Shown piece by piece: positions 55,284-64,000 of a DNA stretch of 64,000 nucleotides. This DNA is from Eledone cirrhosa (lineage: Eukaryota). The first letter of the stretch is position 1. The number at the start of each line of letters is the position of its first letter. The stretch is taken from the NCBI GenBank assembly GCA_964016885.1, contig OZ024740.1, forward strand, positions 337,404,001 to 337,468,000, in the 5' to 3' direction. The translations under genes and the position numbers were made by a program. Below the pieces are notes generated by a model, which ran no database searches, had not been told where the DNA came from, and was given only the letters and a program-made list of their open reading frames with translations.

Positions 55284-55382
55284 GATTATGTCCTGATGTA
55301 AGCAAGTGGAAATATAACAGATATGTAGTAGAAATATCTGTATTATTACTGTAATTCATTGTTTTACTATTATTAATTAAGC

Positions 55383-55572
55383 AGGCGGTGAATTGGCAGT
55401 ATTGGTAGAGGGTTGGACACCATGCTTTCTAGCATACTTATGTCCCTTTACAGTCTGAGTTCAAATCCTGCCGAGGTTAACTTTGCCTTTTATCCTTACG
55501 GGGTCGATAAAATAAAGTACCAGTAATGTACTGGGTAATTGCTGGCCTTGTGCCTAAAGTAGAAACAATTAA
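55383..55572 (+). mobile_element. SINE family A copy (short variant) flanked by 79-bp direct repeats
   Basis: Full head, core and tail; flanks 55299-55377 and 55574-55652 match. Confidence 0.88.
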
Positions 55573-56922
55573 TTAAGCAAGTGGAAATATAACAGCTATG
55601 TAGTAGAAATATTTGTATTATTACTGTAATTCATTGTTTTACTATTATTAATAAATAATCCATTCGGACTTCTGCTTATAAATATGTATTTTAGCTGTGG
55701 TGTGAATTTCAACCCCACAAAGTAGTATCCATGTAATAGTTGACCCCATAAATTTAATCTGAAATAAAAATAATTAAATATTCAATTTCTACATGAGTAT
55801 ATATATATAGTAGTTGTCTTGATAGCAGCCATTTTATTGAAGACTTGCAGTGTGATATAAGATCATTTTTCTATAGTTTCAATAAATTCAGCTACAGCTG
55901 TCTGTGAACACGAAGAAAGTATATGGATCGCTACAAACTTTGTATAAATTGTCTTTCCTCCTTTTAGGAGATCTAGACAAACAACCAAATGTGATACAAT
56001 AATTTGATAGTGTTGTTGGGAATCGTATGATGTTCTACATTGATGATAATATCACTGAGTGTATAAAATATGCCTTTGTCATAACCATTACATTGTGATT
56101 CATTTCCACAATATCCTTATCCAGAATGAAATATGTGATGGCAGTCTTTGGCAATGTGATTCACTGGTCAATGTTTGTTATCGATGGAACACCTTTTTCT
56201 CTGTGGAACTTTTGCTTCCTTGAAAGTGAATAATGCCCCTTGGGTGATTTCGTTGATACTTTAACCTACATTTTCGTCTATTTCCAAATGCTTTCAAATT
56301 TTTCTTCATTTCTGCAGTTTGTAAGAGTTTCCTTGATTACTGTTACTATTCTTCTAGGTGTTTTAACACACACAGTCTTTCCATGGAAGTATTGGCTGAG
56401 GCTGTTCCTGAGAAATAAGAGCATTGGTGAATTATTCTAATATTGAAAAAAATTATGGCGACAAATTTAAGAAAGTTGTTTATCAGAGGAATTTTTGTTA
56501 ACAATTAGCTGGCATATAATTTGTTATCATTAACAGTTTATCTTTTTTTCTATATCTGGCCATTTTTTCTTGCTTCACTTAAATTATGCCCACCATTTTG
56601 CTTGAATTTAGGAGGGTAGTTATACCACTGCCTCACTGACGCACATATAAATTCATATAAATCCATATGCAATCTACTGTAACCACTCGTTGCTATATAC
56701 ACAAAAAATGTACATACACAAACCACTGTACACTGACAGGCTATTATAACACAACCAAAGAATACTGTACATATAGAATTTTGTATACACATAAAATACT
56801 GTATACACACAGAAGACAGCATATACAGGATTCTGTATACATAGATACTACTGTATACACACATACTGTTGCACACACACAGATAACTGTATATGTTCAG
56901 AAGATTGTATACACACAGAATA

Positions 56923-59448
<2,526 letters not shown>

Positions 59449-60354
59449 AAATATTTGCTCTACGGTTCTTATATATTTGATATATATTTATCCTTATCGA
59501 GCCCTCTTTGGATTTTAGTCTTCAAATTTATTATTATTACTATATAATATATATATATATAACATATATATATATATATATAATATATTTACACAGACAG
59601 CAATGACTACTGTACATATATAGAAGTTTACACACACAGTTGGATGTACACATACAGACTAATGCATGCACACAAAATAATATACATATATAAATTAAAA
59701 TACACACAAAAACTACTGTACATACAACTACACAGAATATTATACAAATATTGACTACTACACACACACACACAGAAGATTGTATATATATATACATATA
59801 TAGAGATTGTTCATAGAAGACTATACTACACAGACACACAAACACACACACACACTAGATTGTACATATATACATATATATTGTACATAGAAGACTATAC
59901 TATACAAACACACACAGAAGATTGTACATATATACATATATAGAGATTGTACATAGAAGGCAATACCTCATACACACACACACACCCACAAAACACAAGC
60001 ACACTCATACACACACGCACCCACAACACACAAGCACACACACTCATACACACACACATATGTACTATACATAAACAAAACTCTATAGACATACTGCAGA
60101 CTTAACATACACAGAAGACAATACACATACAAAAGACAGCATATATACAGTTTAGCCCATAAATCTGCAATCATTAGGTGAAATGAAACTTTCCCCTTGT
60201 AAAGAACCTAATAATTCAGTCTGTCAAGAATGTCATTAAATCTAGTGTGTGCAAGATCTCTAGATTTCTTTAGCAGTTTCAAAAATCATTAAAGAATCTT
60301 AAAACTTTCTCTTAATTCAGAGTAACATGACACTTATTCCACAATTTATGTCAC

Positions 60355-60429
<75 letters not shown>

Positions 60430-60659
60430 TCTTCTGGTTTTATAATTTCACAAATTTTTTCCCAATAGAGAGAGAGAGTCAGTTTCTAACATAGACACAA
60501 GACTCTCTCATTGGAATTTACAAAACATCAACTAGGTAGATATGTATGTATGCATGCATGTGTAGATATGGATGTTATTGTATGTGTGGATGTGTATGTT
60601 TTGAGTTGTATGTGTGCATGTGTACATGCTTTGTATCTGTACATGTGTATATGCAGTTA

Positions 60660-60975
60660 TTAGATGCAACATTTTTGGAATGTTTTACATATTTTTACTG
60701 TTCCATTAATGGATTGTACTTGTAATTTTCTAACTAGTTGTGTTCTTTCTGTTCCTGTGAAGCCTAGCTTCTCAAGATTTGTATTGAGGCAGTTACTAAC
60801 ATACCCCAGTGCCCCAATATTCACAGGCATAAATCTGCAGGTGTAATCAGGGTGGAGTATCTGCAGATTTCTCATCAGTTCTGCATAAATATTCTCCTTT
60901 TCGCTAATCTTTGATATTATATTGGAATCTGCTGGGCAGCTAATTTCCACTACAGTGCATGGTTTCTTCTCCCTG
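60660..60975 (-). mobile_element. R4/Dong-like (R2-group) non-LTR 3' fragment, restriction-like endonuclease C-terminus
   Basis: CTVVEISCPAD.NI..KI.EKENIY.EL...L......PV.IGALG motif. Confidence 0.8.
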
Positions 60976-61475
60976 TGTATGTATGTGTGTGTGTATGTAA
61001 AGTGGTTGTGTAGGTGCCACGGCAAAGAACTTAAATGTGGATAGTGTTAGGAAGGGCATCCAGCCATAGAAACCAAGCCAGAATCAGTTCTGTATAAGCA
61101 AGACATGGTCATCTGATCTGGCTTGTCTCATCATGAGACAACTCGTCTAACCCATGGATCATGTTGCATTTATGTTATGTTGTTTACTAATGGGTAGAAC
61201 TGGTCATTCCAGTTAGTAACTGATGGTGTAATAAATTAAAGCACTCAACGTTATATAAATCATTATCATTAAAATAACACTGAATTGGCAAGCCATCTCT
61301 GAACCAAATTTATCCTCTAGTCTCTGTTTATGCTTGCGATAATCATGTTATCTATATAACTAATTTTGCAATAGACCTGATGAAATCGCCTAAGCCTTGC
61401 ATCATGATCAGATGAATAAACTGGGCCATTGAAATACGTATAGTGGTTTTGCAAAATTCAAACTTTAAAGAATGA

Positions 61476-61511
<36 letters not shown>

Positions 61512-61823
61512 AAATATATATATATATATATATATATGTGTATATATGTATAAATATATATATGTGTATATATGTGTATATATATATATATATGTGTATA
61601 TACGTATAAATATATATATGTGTATATATGTGTATATATGTAAACATGTATAAATATGTATATATATATGTATGTTTATATGTATATATAGCTGTAGATA
61701 TGCAAAAACACCCAAGGCTATCACAGCCTGGTGGTGTCCATCAGAAAACAAACCGTATTTCTTTAGAAATACAAAATTCCAATACATATCTGTATACAGC
61801 TATGCCCGAAGCTACATCCTAAT

Positions 61824-61877
<54 letters not shown>

Positions 61878-62099
61878 ATATATATGTATATATATATATA
61901 TATGTGTATATATATGTATATATATATGTATATATATATATGTGTATATATATGTATATATATATGTATATCTATATGTATATATATATATGTATATCTA
62001 TATGTATATATATATATATGTATACATGTGTATATATATGTATATATATATGTGTATATATGTGTATATATATGTATATATATATCTATATATATATAT

Positions 62100-62202
62100 G
62101 TATAAAGAAAAAGGGATGAAATCGAAAATGCAACTGAAGTCTTATTTTTTTTAAAAATAAGACTTCAGTTGCATTTTCGATTTCATCCCTTTTTCTTTAT
62201 AC
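62100..62202. repeat. Perfect palindrome, 50-bp arms with 3-nt loop
   Basis: GTATAAAGAAAAAGGGATGAAATCGAAAATGCAACTGAAGTCTTATTTTT, TTT, then its exact reverse complement. Confidence 0.95.
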
Positions 62203-62271
62203 TTCCACTCGTGTAGGACACCTCGGTTATTTTTCATTTTGTAAAAAAAACCTCACTTTCTAATATATATG

Positions 62272-62307
<36 letters not shown>

Positions 62308-62320
62308 TATGTATATGTAT

Positions 62321-62369
<49 letters not shown>

Positions 62370-62431
62370 GATATATATATACATATATATATGTGTATAT
62401 ATATGTATATATATATCTATATATATATATG

Positions 62432-62530
<99 letters not shown>

Positions 62531-63035
62531 GTATATATTTATCTGTACATATGTATATATGTAGGAGGTGAGTTTTATTGTAAATAAGTTGCTTTTCTCA
62601 CAAACTTAGAAGTATACAGAAAAGAAGATGAAAAGCACTTGGAGGCTTTACAATAACTTAGCCAGTTTCACAATATAAAGATTTTCAAAAATTGTGTAAG
62701 ATGGAGAGATGTGGAGCTATGCCTTAATGGTCCCTGATCAGAATTTAAACATTCATAAGATTTTGTTTAATTGGTTTGATTGGTTGAAGATGGTCACAAT
62801 ATCTATTTTATTAAAGTGCTAATAATAGGTGTATGGTGTAAATTGTGGATTACAGTGTGAAGAGGGATGGTAAGAGTTTGTATGTGAGAGGGAGAGAGAG
62901 AAGGAAAGAGTTAAATGGTGAATTACTTTTTAAAACTTCTGTCATGATGTGGAAAGGGGATGGTAAGAGCCTATGTGTTTGAGAGAGAGAGAGAGAGAGA
63001 GAATGAGGGAGAGGGGGAGCAGCAGTGGTGGCAGT

Positions 63036-63253
63036 AGGAGTCGATCGACTTTCGTCAAATCGGACCGAGGGAACAATGTTTCCGTCGGTCTTTCCAATTG
63101 CTAATACTATCTATCGGTCGCAACTCCAGGTAGAAGGAGCAACGTGAAATAAAGTGTCTTGCCCAAGGACATAACGCATCACCTGGTCCAGGAATCGAAC
63201 TCACAACCTTATGATTGCGAATCCAATTCTCTAACCACTCAGCCACACGCCTT
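63036..63253 (-). mobile_element. Well-preserved tRNA-headed CORE-like SINE with 13-bp target-site duplication
   Basis: Head GGCGTGTGGCTGAGTGGTTAGAG...GAGTTCGATTCC; CAGTGGTGGCAGT at 63023-63035 and 63254-63266. Confidence 0.85.
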
Positions 63254-63413
63254 CAGTGGTGGCAGTGATGATGTTAAATTTTTTTCTTTGAAATCTATGT
63301 TTTAAGAAAAATATTATTTACGCTCAGATAATATATGAGTAAAATATTCCATTTTAGGAATTTCAGTCATTTGTTAAATTTATTTGATTTATATGTAATT
63401 AAGTGCTGTATAT

Positions 63414-63573
63414 AGTATCGGTAGAGGGTTGGATGCCATGCTTTCTAGCATAGTTACGTCCCTTTACAGTCTGAGTTCAAATCCCGCCGAGGTTAACTTT
63501 GCCTTTCATCCTTACGGGGTCGATAAAATTACTGGGTAATTGCTGGCCTTGTGCCTAAAGTAGAAACAATTAT
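63414..63573 (+). mobile_element. SINE family A copy with internal deletion
   Basis: B box and core present. Confidence 0.8.
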
Positions 63574-64000
63574 TTACTTGTGTATATACACACACACACA
63601 CATACATACATACATATACATATTCTCAGTGCAAAAGGTAGCTGAAACAGCGGGATACTATTTGCATAGTAAACAAATTTTGTGTGTATGGGGGGTGGGG
63701 GACTTAAGATATAACCACAAATTGAACGGAGAGAGGGAGAAAGAGGGTCAAAGTGTGAGATGAGAAATGAGAGGGTTATAGAGAGAGAGAGAAGGGAAGA
63801 GGAGGAGAAAATAGATCAACAATTGTCTGCTTCCCACAATACTTCACAATATAAAACTGTAACATAGTTTCTTGCGTGAGGGAAGGACTATGTCTAGAAG
63901 TATTGACCGTGCAACAGGAATCAAATCTCTGTTGTTCCAATGTTAGAATAGAGGAATGAGAGAGAGAGAGAGAGAGAGCAATGTGGTTTGTCCGCATCAA

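Noticed and set aside
63180-63253. tRNA gene
   Set aside because: A and B boxes are present but the acceptor stem does not pair, and the sequence continues into a SINE body with a target-site duplication.

Overview
Eukaryotic, AT-rich, very repeat-dense DNA. The mix of (TA)/(CA)/(GA)/(CAT) microsatellites, RTE LINEs and tRNA-headed Meta/CORE/V-type SINEs suggests a mollusc, probably an octopus (inference). The only host gene I can support is four + strand internal exons (14540-14746, 16364-16524, 18536-18662, 23256-23324) that splice in frame through GT-AG sites into a Munc13-4/BAIAP3-like MUN-domain segment; neither start nor stop codon was found. The rest is intronic or intergenic: several young copies of one RTE-clade LINE whose reverse transcriptase contains an embedded PHD-type C4HC3 finger and whose ends mostly abut (TA)n, plus fragments of a second RTE-group LINE, Tx1/L1, R4/Dong, Penelope-like elements with inverted ends and degenerate hammerhead cores, a DD37D (maT) transposon, a tiny MITE, many SINEs, tandem repeats and several long hairpins. 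Most ORFs in the supplied track are microsatellite artefacts. All family assignments come from motif recognition by eye, and repeat boundaries are approximate.
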